Below are positions 25,082 to 34,168 of a DNA stretch of 44,330 nucleotides, piece after piece. Every line of letters begins with the position of its first letter. The stretch's first letter is position 1. The stretch covers positions 1 to 44,330 of the forward strand of contig JAOZFL010000097.1 in the NCBI GenBank assembly GCA_027491455.1, written 5' to 3'. The DNA comes from Thermoproteota archaeon (GTDB lineage Archaea > Korarchaeota > JAOZGF01 > JAOZFZ01). The position numbers and the translations under genes are program-made. The notes below the pieces were generated by a model. That model was not told the DNA's origin and did not search any database. It saw nothing but the letters and a program-made list of their open reading frames with translations.

Positions 25082-27268
25082 ATTAAAATAGAACAAGTAG
25101 ATTTACCGAGGAAAGCTGTTGAAGGCCTCAAGGAAGCAGGGATAACTTATCTGTATCCGCCTCAGAAAGAAGCAGTTAAAAAAGGGGTTTTAACAGGCAG
25201 AAACATGGTCATAGCTACACCGACAGCTAGTGGAAAGACTTTAATAGCAACCCTTGCAATTCTGAAAAAAATACTTAAAGAGAAAAAGAAGGGGCTTTAT
25301 CTTGTTCCATTAAGAAGTATAGCTGCAGAGAAATATAGAGAGTATAGGGCTCTCTTTGATAAATTGAACTTAAAAACAGCTATTTCAACTGGTGATTTTG
25401 ATATTTCCCCTACATGGCTTGGTAAAAACGACCTTATCATATGTACAAATGAGAAAGCTGATTCAATGCTAAGGCATAATCCAAGCTGGCTCTCAGAGAT
25501 TGGGATAGTGATAGTGGATGAGATACACCTCATACACACTGTTAAAAGAGGACCTGTGATAGAGCTTCTAATTGCAAAACTACTGAAAAAAGCTTCCAAT
25601 GCACAAATAATGTGTTTAAGTGCAACAATTAAGAATGTCAATGAACTAGCATCTTGGCTTAATGCAGACTATATTTTAAGCGACTGGAGACCTGTAAAGT
25701 TGAAGGAAGGGGTTTTCTATAGACATAAAATCTACTGGAGCGATGGGATGCAGAAGATCAAGGCATATACAGGGGACCAGTATGCAGATTTGAGTATAGA
25801 TACCATTAATTCAGGAGGACAGGTCTTGATTTTTCTGAGCACTAGAAGAAGCACTGTTTCACTTTCGAAGAAAATTAAAAACTTCATAGGTAAAACTCTG
25901 AGCATAAACGAAAAAAAAGCACTGAAGAATATATCTAGGAGAATTGAAGGTTACAGTGAAGGATCCAAGTTAACTGATATGCTTTCATCACTTGTCAAGG
26001 AAGGAGTAGCTTTCCATCATGCAGGGCTGAGGTACGAGCATAGAGACATAATAGAAGAAGCTTTCAGGGACAACCTAATTAAGGTTATTTGTGCTACACC
26101 TACTCTAGCTGCAGGAGTCAATTTACCGGCGCGGAGAGTCATTATAGGACAGATTTACAGATACTCGTCCATTGAGGGAAACAAGCCAATAACGATTATG
26201 GAATATAAACAGATGTCTGGAAGGGCAGGTAGACCGAAGTTCGATGAATACGGCGAGTCAATAATAATGGCATCAACAGAAGAGAAAATGAAGTACCTCA
26301 TCGATAAATACATAGATTCACCACCAGAAAGAATAGAGTCGAAGCTCTTCGATTCCAAAGTGATCAGATCACAAGTCCTTTCACTTATCGCTTCAGGTTT
26401 AGCCTTCACATATAAGGAGGTCAAAGACGTGTTTCAGTCCACCCTTTACGGCCATCAATTCCCTAGGAAAAGATTCGGAACCAAGATAAAGGAATCTCTA
26501 GATTTTCTGAAACAAAATGGGTTTATAAAAGAAGACGATGGGCTTCTATACGCCACGGTTCTTGGTAGAAGAATTTCTTTGCTTTACATAGATCCATTAA
26601 CAGCTATAACTATGATTAAAGGCCTTGGAAGTCTAGGAGATAAAAGAAGAACAGCCTTTTCATTCTTGTCTCTAATTTGCCTGACCCCTGACATGGATAC
26701 TTTATCACCCCGAAAGAAGCATTATGAAGAACTTTATGAAGCCCTCTATAGTAGAGGAGAAGAGATACCTCTTGAAATAAATCTATGGGAGTTACCCTAT
26801 CCAGAAATAAATGTCCATAGATCAACATGGACAGCTTTAATCCTTGAAAAATGGATAAACGAGGAAAGTGAAGACACGTTAAACTTCAAATATGATGTAG
26901 GTCCTGGAGATGTAAGAAGAATAGCTGAAACAGCTGATTGGCTCCTTTACTCACTTCAAGAAATAGCTTCAATCTTTGGCTACACAACAGTTAAACCCGA
27001 AATAAATAATTTACGAACAAGAGTTAGGTACGGCGTAAAGGAGGAGCTATTGCAGTTAACTTCATTACATGGTGTTGGCAGGGTTAGGGCACGTTCACTT
27101 TTCAATAAAGGTTTTAAAACTTACGAAGACCTTCAAAGAGCCGATGTAAAAGAGCTTTCAGCTATCCCCTCCATAGGTGAAAAACTGGCGAGGAAGATAA
27201 AACAGCAGCTAGAAAACTTTGAGGAGGCCCTTCCAGGTGAATACAGAAAAATCAGTGAATATATGTGA
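25082..27268 (+). CDS. hel308: Hel308/Hjm (Ski2-like) DNA helicase, probably initiating at ATT 25082
   Basis: Walker A PTASGKT, DEIH, SAT, HHAGL, QMSGRAGRP, C-terminal HhH. The Q-motif region ITYLYPPQKEAV is encoded upstream of the first ATG (25205). GGGGAGGG lies 7 nt upstream of ATT 25082. Confidence 0.85.
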   Translation: MKIEQVDLPRKAVEGLKEAGITYLYPPQKEAVKKGVLTGRNMVIATPTASGKTLIATLAILKKILKEKKKGLYLVPLRSIAAEKYREYRALFDKLNLKTAISTGDFDISPTWLGKNDLIICTNEKADSMLRHNPSWLSEIGIVIVDEIHLIHTVKRGPVIELLIAKLLKKASNAQIMCLSATIKNVNELASWLNADYILSDWRPVKLKEGVFYRHKIYWSDGMQKIKAYTGDQYADLSIDTINSGGQVLIFLSTRRSTVSLSKKIKNFIGKTLSINEKKALKNISRRIEGYSEGSKLTDMLSSLVKEGVAFHHAGLRYEHRDIIEEAFRDNLIKVICATPTLAAGVNLPARRVIIGQIYRYSSIEGNKPITIMEYKQMSGRAGRPKFDEYGESIIMASTEEKMKYLIDKYIDSPPERIESKLFDSKVIRSQVLSLIASGLAFTYKEVKDVFQSTLYGHQFPRKRFGTKIKESLDFLKQNGFIKEDDGLLYATVLGRRISLLYIDPLTAITMIKGLGSLGDKRRTAFSFLSLICLTPDMDTLSPRKKHYEELYEALYSRGEEIPLEINLWELPYPEINVHRSTWTALILEKWINEESEDTLNFKYDVGPGDVRRIAETADWLLYSLQEIASIFGYTTVKPEINNLRTRVRYGVKEELLQLTSLHGVGRVRARSLFNKGFKTYEDLQRADVKELSAIPSIGEKLARKIKQQLENFEEALPGEYRKISEYM

Positions 27269-27363
27269 AAGTCTAGAAGGTTCCAGAATGTTTAATAAGA
27301 CTTGAGAAATCAAGTGAGAGGTTTAACAAACAGCAAATTGGCCTTTTAGAAATAGAGATAAAT

Positions 27364-27445
27364 ATGTCTTTATAGGTGAAAGTCTTTAAAACGAGGGGAA
27401 TAAAATATCAAAAACTTTGAAAATAAAATGTCTTTAGGTGTAAAG
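27364..27445 (+). repeat. Imperfect direct repeat atgtcttta(ta)ggtg(a/t)aaag (27364-27382 and 27428-27445), with a third gtcttta core at 27382-27388, upstream of purB
   Basis: Read directly. The second copy contains the SD (AGGTG) for the purB TTG start. Confidence 0.55.
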
Positions 27446-27446
27446 A

Positions 27447-28802
27447 TTGCCTATTTCCCCGATTGATACAGGTAGATACGGATCAGAAGAAATGAAACAA
27501 ATCTTTGAGGATAAAAACAGATATCAAAAGCTGCTGGATGTAGAGGCAGCGGCAGCTCAAACCTTAGCAGAGCTGGGGTACATACCAAGGGAGACAGCCA
27601 AAATTATCAAAGAAAAAGCGAGTACATCTATAGTGAAGCCTTTTAGGATAAAGGAAATAGAAAAAGAAATACAACATGAAATGATGGCAATCGTTAAAGC
27701 CTTGAGTGAACAATGCGGCGAACATGGAGGATACGTTCATTTTGGTTTAACAAGCAGCGATGCCCTCGACACAGCTTTAACTCTGCAAATAAAAGAAGCA
27801 ATAGAAGTAACAGAGAGAAAACTAAAGAAACTTTTAGAGATATTTCTAAAAAAAGCTGAAAAATACAAGGAACTCACCATGATAGGAAGAACCCATGGCC
27901 AACACGCAGCCCCAATAACTCTAGGTTTCAAGTTCGCAGTCTATGCCTATGAATTTTATAGACACCTAGAAAGACTTAGAGAAGCCAAGCCAAGAATACT
28001 TATAGGAAAACTTTCAGGTGCAGTTGGGACATTTGCTGCTCTTGGAAAAAAAGGACCTATTGTTCAAAGGGAAACTCTGAAGAAACTAGGGATAAAGGAA
28101 CCCTTAATAACGACTCAAATTCTCCAAAGAGACAGACACGCTGAACTCATTTTCATACTTGCGTTGATAGCTTCCTCACTTGATAAACTAGCAACTGAAA
28201 TAAGGAATCTACAAAGAACAGAGATAAATGAGATTGCTGAGCCGTTCGCAGAGAAACAGGTAGGGTCAAGCACAATGCCCCATAAAAGAAACCCGTATAG
28301 ATGTGAGAGAATGACAAGTCTTGCAAGGATGATAAGAGCAAATGTTCAAACGAGTTTAGAAAACATCGTGATCCTCCATGAAAGAGACCTTACTCATTCG
28401 GCAAATGAACGATTTATAATTCCACAGACCTTTATTTTATTAGATGAAATGCTTTCAACCATGATTAAAGTGATAAGGAACATACAAGTGAACAAAGAGA
28501 AAATAAGAGAAAACCTTCAATTAACCAAAGGATTAGTATTGTCGGAAAGAGTGATGATGACTCTCACAAGAAAAGGTATGAATAGACAAAGGGCCCATGA
28601 GCTTGTTAGAAAACTTGCCTTACAGGCTATAAAGGAAAACAGACCATTTGAAGAGGTTTTATTAAAAGAGAGAGAGGTTACTGAGAAAATAACTCCTAAG
28701 GAAATAGAGAAACTGTTAAACCCAAAAACATACACCGGTTTGGCTGCTCAAATAACAACTAAAACGATCAGTGAAATTAAGCGCAGAATAAAACTTATTT
28801 AA
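27447..28802 (+). CDS. purB: Adenylosuccinate lyase
   Basis: Fumarate-lyase signature SSTMPHKRNP and N-terminal PIDTGRYGSEEM. TTG start after AGGTG. Confidence 0.9.
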   Translation: MPISPIDTGRYGSEEMKQIFEDKNRYQKLLDVEAAAAQTLAELGYIPRETAKIIKEKASTSIVKPFRIKEIEKEIQHEMMAIVKALSEQCGEHGGYVHFGLTSSDALDTALTLQIKEAIEVTERKLKKLLEIFLKKAEKYKELTMIGRTHGQHAAPITLGFKFAVYAYEFYRHLERLREAKPRILIGKLSGAVGTFAALGKKGPIVQRETLKKLGIKEPLITTQILQRDRHAELIFILALIASSLDKLATEIRNLQRTEINEIAEPFAEKQVGSSTMPHKRNPYRCERMTSLARMIRANVQTSLENIVILHERDLTHSANERFIIPQTFILLDEMLSTMIKVIRNIQVNKEKIRENLQLTKGLVLSERVMMTLTRKGMNRQRAHELVRKLALQAIKENRPFEEVLLKEREVTEKITPKEIEKLLNPKTYTGLAAQITTKTISEIKRRIKLI

Positions 28803-29041
28803 TAAGAAAAGAGGAATGAAATAATTGGATAGAGTAAGTAGTATAAACTGAGTAATCCTTTTAAGTCGGTTAGATTTATAGATTCCCATGAAAAAATTAA
28901 GCCTGAGCTAGTGACTAGAAGACCTAAAAGATTTAAAAGGAAGCATTAACTGTCTCATACTAATTAGCAAGGTCTAGTTTGATCAGGAACAGATGAAAAG
29001 ACTTTAATACTTTGAAACAGCTAAATTCCTAATTCAAACAA

Positions 29042-29329
29042 TTAAAGTGGCTGAACCTCTTTTCTTTCCTCTTCCGATCTTATCTTAATTATCCCTCTAT
29101 GAATTGCGCATGGTATACAAATGTACTTAGTAACTCTATATCTGGGAACCCTTGCACCTTTTTTCTTCAGTTCCTTCTTGGTTTGAGGATCAACAGGTGA
29201 ATACCATCTTGTGATTTTCTTCATTTTATCCGACGGCACTCTTTTACCGCAAAAATCACAGATTAAGTACGGAGATCGGCCAGCTGACCTACCTTTGGAC
29301 CTGCCACCACTTTTCCTTTTTTTAGGCAT
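29042..29329 (-). CDS. rps26e: Ribosomal protein eS26
   Basis: MPKKRKSGGRSKG..., CDFCGKRVPSDK and YICIPCAIHRGIIKIRS match the eS26 zinc-ribbon pattern. Confidence 0.85.
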   Translation of the reverse strand: MPKKRKSGGRSKGRSAGRSPYLICDFCGKRVPSDKMKKITRWYSPVDPQTKKELKKKGARVPRYRVTKYICIPCAIHRGIIKIRSEEERKEVQPL

Positions 29330-29350
29330 CTTTAATCTACCAAATATACA

Positions 29351-30781
29351 TTAATATGTTTTCCCAATATATATTATTTTACTTGCTTCCTGATTACATA
29401 TGGGACATTTACCTTTTGCTTCTTCTTGCCCGTATTTATAGCCGTAGACTCTTGCATCTGTTATTTCTTCAATTGTTTTTCCACATTCTTCTCTGCCGCA
29501 CCAAGGAGTTTTTATCACGTATCCATTATTAATTTCTTTTCGAGCGATTTCCAAGCTATCTGTTTCCTTTATCATTGATTTCATCCATTCATCAGCTCTT
29601 TTTTTAAGGTTCCCTTGGATATTGTGTAACGTCTTTTTTATGTAGCTCACCAGCTCTTCCCAAGACACTTCAACCCTTGTTAAAGTGTCTCTCCTCTGAA
29701 CCGTTGCCTTTTTCTCTTTAACCTCCTTTATCCCTATCTCTATCCTTATAGGTACACCTTTCATTTCCCAGTAGTAGAATTTAGATCCAGGTGTCTCTTC
29801 CTCTCTATAATCTGTTTCAACTGTTATTCCGTTTTTCTCTAAGGTCCTTTTTATTTTTTCACAGTATTTAATCACTATTTCTTTTTCCTTTTTGTAGTAG
29901 ATGGGGATTATAACTGCTTTTATGGGTGCAACGTTAGGTGGAAGTATTAGTCCTCTTTCATCTGAGTGGATAGCAACTATGGCAGCTACTGGTCTCCCGG
30001 AAATACCATAACAGAGTTGGTAGACGTATTCATGAGCTCCATTAGGTTTTAGATATTTTATGTCAAAAGCTTTTGAAAAATTTTGTCCTAGATAGTGAAC
30101 CGTTCCGATTTGCAGTCTTCTGCCATTAGGCATTATTGTGTCATGAGCGACCGTGTAAACAGCCCCTGCGAATTTATCCCAGTCTGGCCTCCTCAAGACA
30201 AGGTGAGGAAGAGCTAGTTCATCAAATATCTTTGAGTATATCTCTACTGCCTCTTTGAATTGTTTTTCTGCTTCTTCCTTAGTTGCGTGAACTGTATGGG
30301 CCTCCTTAAATGTTAGGACCTCCCTAACTCTGATTATAGGTCTAGTTGTCTTTGTTTCATATCGGAAAATATTTACTACTTGGTAGTACTTTATGGGGAG
30401 GTCTTTGTGAGATCTTACCCAAAGCGCATACATAGGATATATCGCCGTTTCACTTGTAGGTCTTAAGGCATGTTTCACTTTTAGTTCTTCATCCCCTCCC
30501 TTTGTAACCCAGTAAACCTCACTCATAAAGCCAGCTATGTGTTCAGCTTCTTTTTTAAGGTTATATTCAGGTATGAGTAGAGGGAAGAGAACTTCTTGGT
30601 GTCCTTTCTCATCTAGATGCTTCCTTATTATTTTAAGCATGTTCTCCCTGATCTTAAAACCATAGGGTAACCATATTCCACATCCTTTTATTGGATATCT
30701 ATAATCATAGATGCCTGCATCTATAAGTATCTGAGAGAGCCATCCCATTAAATCTTTCTCTTTGGTTAGAGTCTTAGCCAT
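29351..30781 (-). CDS. proS: Prolyl-tRNA synthetase (archaeal/eukaryotic type)
   Basis: Class II motifs (RPTSET, FRYE), anticodon-binding domain, and a C-terminal Zn-binding domain (CGREECG...CPICN). Confidence 0.92.
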   Translation of the reverse strand: MAKTLTKEKDLMGWLSQILIDAGIYDYRYPIKGCGIWLPYGFKIRENMLKIIRKHLDEKGHQEVLFPLLIPEYNLKKEAEHIAGFMSEVYWVTKGGDEELKVKHALRPTSETAIYPMYALWVRSHKDLPIKYYQVVNIFRYETKTTRPIIRVREVLTFKEAHTVHATKEEAEKQFKEAVEIYSKIFDELALPHLVLRRPDWDKFAGAVYTVAHDTIMPNGRRLQIGTVHYLGQNFSKAFDIKYLKPNGAHEYVYQLCYGISGRPVAAIVAIHSDERGLILPPNVAPIKAVIIPIYYKKEKEIVIKYCEKIKRTLEKNGITVETDYREEETPGSKFYYWEMKGVPIRIEIGIKEVKEKKATVQRRDTLTRVEVSWEELVSYIKKTLHNIQGNLKKRADEWMKSMIKETDSLEIARKEINNGYVIKTPWCGREECGKTIEEITDARVYGYKYGQEEAKGKCPICNQEASKIIYIGKTY

Positions 30782-30783
30782 TC

Positions 30784-30939
30784 TTACACCTCTAGTTTCA
30801 TTTTAAAGCCGCAAACAGGACAATAAACTTTTTTTCTTTTTTTCCTGGGGTTTACGCGAAAAGCCGAGTTGCATGAAGGACAACGCTTCTCTTCAAGTTC
30901 TCCTTTGGACCTTGCTTTTACAGAGACTGTTTTCTTCAT
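30784..30939 (-). CDS. Small zinc-ribbon protein (51 aa), not in the supplied ORF track
   Basis: Translation: [51 protein letters not shown]. Its ATG overlaps the upstream gene's TGA (ATGA). Its last codons, GAGGTG TAA, supply the SD for proS, which starts 2 nt after the stop. Confidence 0.5.
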   Translation of the reverse strand: MKKTVSVKARSKGELEEKRCPSCNSAFRVNPRKKRKKVYCPVCGFKMKLEV

Positions 30940-31940
30940 TTCTCTTTATCCTCTAAAAACCTCCAAAGTTCATCTCTGACTGAACATAGTTTTTTCCATT
31001 CCCCGTTTAAAAATATTAATTTTTGCCCAGGGTCCCTTGTTACCCTGCCAATGATAGTTCCTCTCACATTTTTGATCTTTAACCTTTCCATTACGGTTTC
31101 AATGTTTTCAGGTGGTACTGAAGCTAAAAGTGAACCTGAACTTATAAGTTTTAGGGGGTCGAGACCGAGAATTGAGCATATTTCATCTGTCTCCTTTGCA
31201 ATGGGTATCCTACTCCCTTGAACTCTCACCCCTTTTCCTGAGGCGACAGCCATTTCCCATAACCCGTTAACTAAGCCCCCTTCGGTTGGATCATGCATTG
31301 CATTTGCATATTCACGTATTAACACAGCCTCTTTAACAACTGATATTTTCTCAGCAAACCTTTGAGCATTTTTAAGCGTTTCTCTGGACACTTTGTCCTT
31401 TAATTCTTCGTAGAAGTCCGTGGCTAGGATAACTGTCCCCTCAATTCCAGCTGTTTTAGTCATGAGCAAGTAGTCCCCTTCCCTACAGTTGCTGGAAGGA
31501 GTTAATTTATTTCCATGGGCTACACCCATCATAGTTGCGACCACAATTGGCTGCCTTATCCCAGGTGTTACCTCTGTGTGGCCCCCTACTAATGTGGCAC
31601 CTACTTCTCCAAGGGCCTTCTTTATTTCCTTCATTATTTCCCCTATTCTTTTAGAGTTGCTTCTAGGTGGTAAAAGTAAACTCACAAGGAACCATTTCGG
31701 TTCTGCCCCCATAACTGCTATGTCGTTGGCATTTACATGGACTGAAAGCCAACCTATTCTTTTTTCTCCACCGGTTATGGGATCTGTCGTGATCACAAGA
31801 GTTTCGCCCTCCAGGTAAACAGCTGCAGCGTCCATACCTATACCTGGAGGGACTAAAAGTGTTTTCTCGCTGTAATTGACAAGTTTAAAGACGTATTTCT
31901 CAAGGTCTTTTGGGGAGATCTTACCTGTCTTAAGTTTCAT
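30936..31940 (-). CDS. AIR synthase-related protein (PurM/HypE/ThiL superfamily)
   Basis: GIGMDAAAV...ITTDP, NDIAVMGAEP and GGHTEV motifs of the PurM-like ATP-binding fold. It lacks the HypE C-terminal PRIC motif. Confidence 0.65.
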   Translation of the reverse strand: MKLKTGKISPKDLEKYVFKLVNYSEKTLLVPPGIGMDAAAVYLEGETLVITTDPITGGEKRIGWLSVHVNANDIAVMGAEPKWFLVSLLLPPRSNSKRIGEIMKEIKKALGEVGATLVGGHTEVTPGIRQPIVVATMMGVAHGNKLTPSSNCREGDYLLMTKTAGIEGTVILATDFYEELKDKVSRETLKNAQRFAEKISVVKEAVLIREYANAMHDPTEGGLVNGLWEMAVASGKGVRVQGSRIPIAKETDEICSILGLDPLKLISSGSLLASVPPENIETVMERLKIKNVRGTIIGRVTRDPGQKLIFLNGEWKKLCSVRDELWRFLEDKEK

Positions 31941-33991
31941 TATCTGCCCCCTTTTATGTATTCAAGCTCATCTTTACGTTCCACGGCCAAATTTTTTCTC
32001 GACTTTCGTTTGACTATATAGCCTGTTATCATGATAACCGAAAACACTGTTAAAGCTATCAATGCTTCCAATGTTTTCTGGGTTGCATTGCTGAGAGATT
32101 TTCTTTCTATTTCTACCTTAACTGGTTTTATTTCTGGGAAGTTCACTGGTTCACCTGTTATAACCTTCATTTTTAGCATTTCACTGCTTATACTCCGTGC
32201 TTGGAATAACATCTGAAAAGCAGTTGACGGGTTGCTTTCCAAATAGTTTTTCCCAAACTCATAATAGAAAATGGAAAGAAGGGGGTTAATACCATTTTCA
32301 ATAGCTAACTCTGTCCAAAGCAAGGTTTCTTTATCGAGATTTTTAAGAACCACGCTTCTAAAATCAGCGTCACTGAGGAAAGGAGTATATGTTGTTACTG
32401 TGACATAATTCGTCCATGAAACTGTTTCTATTATTTGAAGCAAGGCAGTTGAATAAAGACTTTTGTTCATTGCTATTCTAATGGATTCGCTTCTCCTTTC
32501 TGTTTCTTCCTTTATTTTCTCAGCAATTTCAGGTGAAACTGCTTTTTCAGCTTCAAGTTCGATAACTAAGTCCTCAATAAAGGACAACATAAGCTTAGAG
32601 TATCTTTCATTTCTCTCCAAATATTCCTTGAAGATTTTTCCGCTGGTGTATATAGGTGCTTCCTTGTTTTCAAGGCTACTGGCAAAGTTCATCCACCACT
32701 CGGCTGTTTTAGCTCTCTCTCCTGCATATGCTAAATCATAAAGTGTTTCGTTCAATGATCTCACCTCTTTTTTCTTTAAAGCCTTTTTATATGCAATTTC
32801 TGCGTCTATTATCCTTTGATAAGCTGTTGATGAAGCCTGTCCAGAGGCTGTGTGAAGGACTCCGAAATTTTTTATCCTGGTTTTTTTAGTATTCAAGTAA
32901 TTCCATGTTTTGGAGATTAATAAATTCTTTTCCTGGACAACGCTTTTAAGGAATTTTCCTTTGTCTCTCGTTGCATAGTAATTTATTGTAAGCTTCAGAT
33001 ATTCTGTCTTGACGATGACTTGGAAAGATAAACTTAAGGCTGTGTAAAGTCTTCCTTCCTCTATTTGTTGTTTTATTTTGGCTATATCTACCCTAAGATC
33101 CTTTATCTCCTTACCTATATATTTCAAGGCATGATTGTCCTCTTCATATTCTATGGTTTCATTATAAAGAGAATATAGAGACTTGAAGGAGTTAAGTGAA
33201 TCATTGTACATTTTAAGGGAATTTTCCCTTAGAAACATGGTTATTGGTGTTACAAACTCTGAACTGTTAACCCCCCTCAGTTTGGGCATCGGTTTAGAGA
33301 TTTCATAGCCAGTCAGGAAGAGAAAGGCATCCCATATATCCCTGGCTTTTAAAATCTTTATTCCATATTTCTTTTCTATCTCATTGGAGATATTCACAGT
33401 TTCTTCTCTGCCTGTTAGGGGGTTTTTCCTTACTTCCTTGGCGTTTAAAGCAGGTATTACCAAGAACTTTAATCCAGCGTCAGCGACGGCTGAAGCTTTG
33501 GCTTCTAATCCACTTACCCATCCTATGCTCCCATCTGGATTAATAGCCCCTGTAATCGCTGTATCCTGTCTAACCGGGATTTTCAGCAAACATGCAATGA
33601 AAGAAACGGCTAGACCTGCCCCTCCACTACCACCACTAATGGACTGTGCCTCACTACTTATGTTTATTTCAAAATCATAAAGCGAAACATCTTTCCTTGT
33701 GATGAAACGAGCAACTTCAAAAGCTGTATATGCACTTGCATTAATGCTTATTCTAACTTTTGCATCACTGTTAATCATTATTTCCCCCTTTCCAGGCCAG
33801 AAAACTGTCACTTTTATCTTAGTTATTCTGCCTATTGTCCTTGCAATGACAGCTGGAACATTAACCCTAACTGTATACTTTGTCTCCAATTCCCCTCTGG
33901 CAGAGGGGAATATCGAAGTTGAAATTAGCGAGATCGTTAACATGAGGAGCAATGTTTCCTTGACGTTTTTCTTACCAAGCCCCTCTTTCAA
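31940..33991 (-). CDS. Membrane-anchored Lon-type (S16) serine protease domain protein without an AAA+ module, plus a long helical domain of unknown function
   Basis: N-terminal hydrophobic signal/anchor (LLLMLTISLISTSIFPSARG). Lon_C-like ISGGSGGAGLAV (Ser122) and ITGAINPDGSIGWVSGLEAKASAVADAGLKFLVIP (Lys165). About 430 aa of K/E/Y-rich helical sequence follows, then a C-terminal TM (LIALTVFSVIMITGYIV) and a basic tail. Confidence 0.6.
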   Translation of the reverse strand: MKEGLGKKNVKETLLLMLTISLISTSIFPSARGELETKYTVRVNVPAVIARTIGRITKIKVTVFWPGKGEIMINSDAKVRISINASAYTAFEVARFITRKDVSLYDFEINISSEAQSISGGSGGAGLAVSFIACLLKIPVRQDTAITGAINPDGSIGWVSGLEAKASAVADAGLKFLVIPALNAKEVRKNPLTGREETVNISNEIEKKYGIKILKARDIWDAFLFLTGYEISKPMPKLRGVNSSEFVTPITMFLRENSLKMYNDSLNSFKSLYSLYNETIEYEEDNHALKYIGKEIKDLRVDIAKIKQQIEEGRLYTALSLSFQVIVKTEYLKLTINYYATRDKGKFLKSVVQEKNLLISKTWNYLNTKKTRIKNFGVLHTASGQASSTAYQRIIDAEIAYKKALKKKEVRSLNETLYDLAYAGERAKTAEWWMNFASSLENKEAPIYTSGKIFKEYLERNERYSKLMLSFIEDLVIELEAEKAVSPEIAEKIKEETERRSESIRIAMNKSLYSTALLQIIETVSWTNYVTVTTYTPFLSDADFRSVVLKNLDKETLLWTELAIENGINPLLSIFYYEFGKNYLESNPSTAFQMLFQARSISSEMLKMKVITGEPVNFPEIKPVKVEIERKSLSNATQKTLEALIALTVFSVIMITGYIVKRKSRKNLAVERKDELEYIKGGR

Positions 33992-34168
33992 TATTTATTA
34001 CCTCCCCATAAAGTCTTTTAGGAGTCATAGTTACATGAAAACCTTAACTAATTATTTAAAGCTTAGTTCCCTGAGAAGCGATGACGTCTAATCATTTATT
34101 AAATTGCTTTGTTTAAAATTAAATAGCTATATTCTCTTTCATTTTTACCTGTTGAATATAGAAAAAAG

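Noticed and set aside
33699-34091. 130-aa plus-strand ORF spanning the start of the Lon-like gene and its upstream region
   Set aside because: Mostly antisense to the signal-peptide/Lon-domain coding region. Its hydrophobic appearance is a mirror artefact, and it has no SD.
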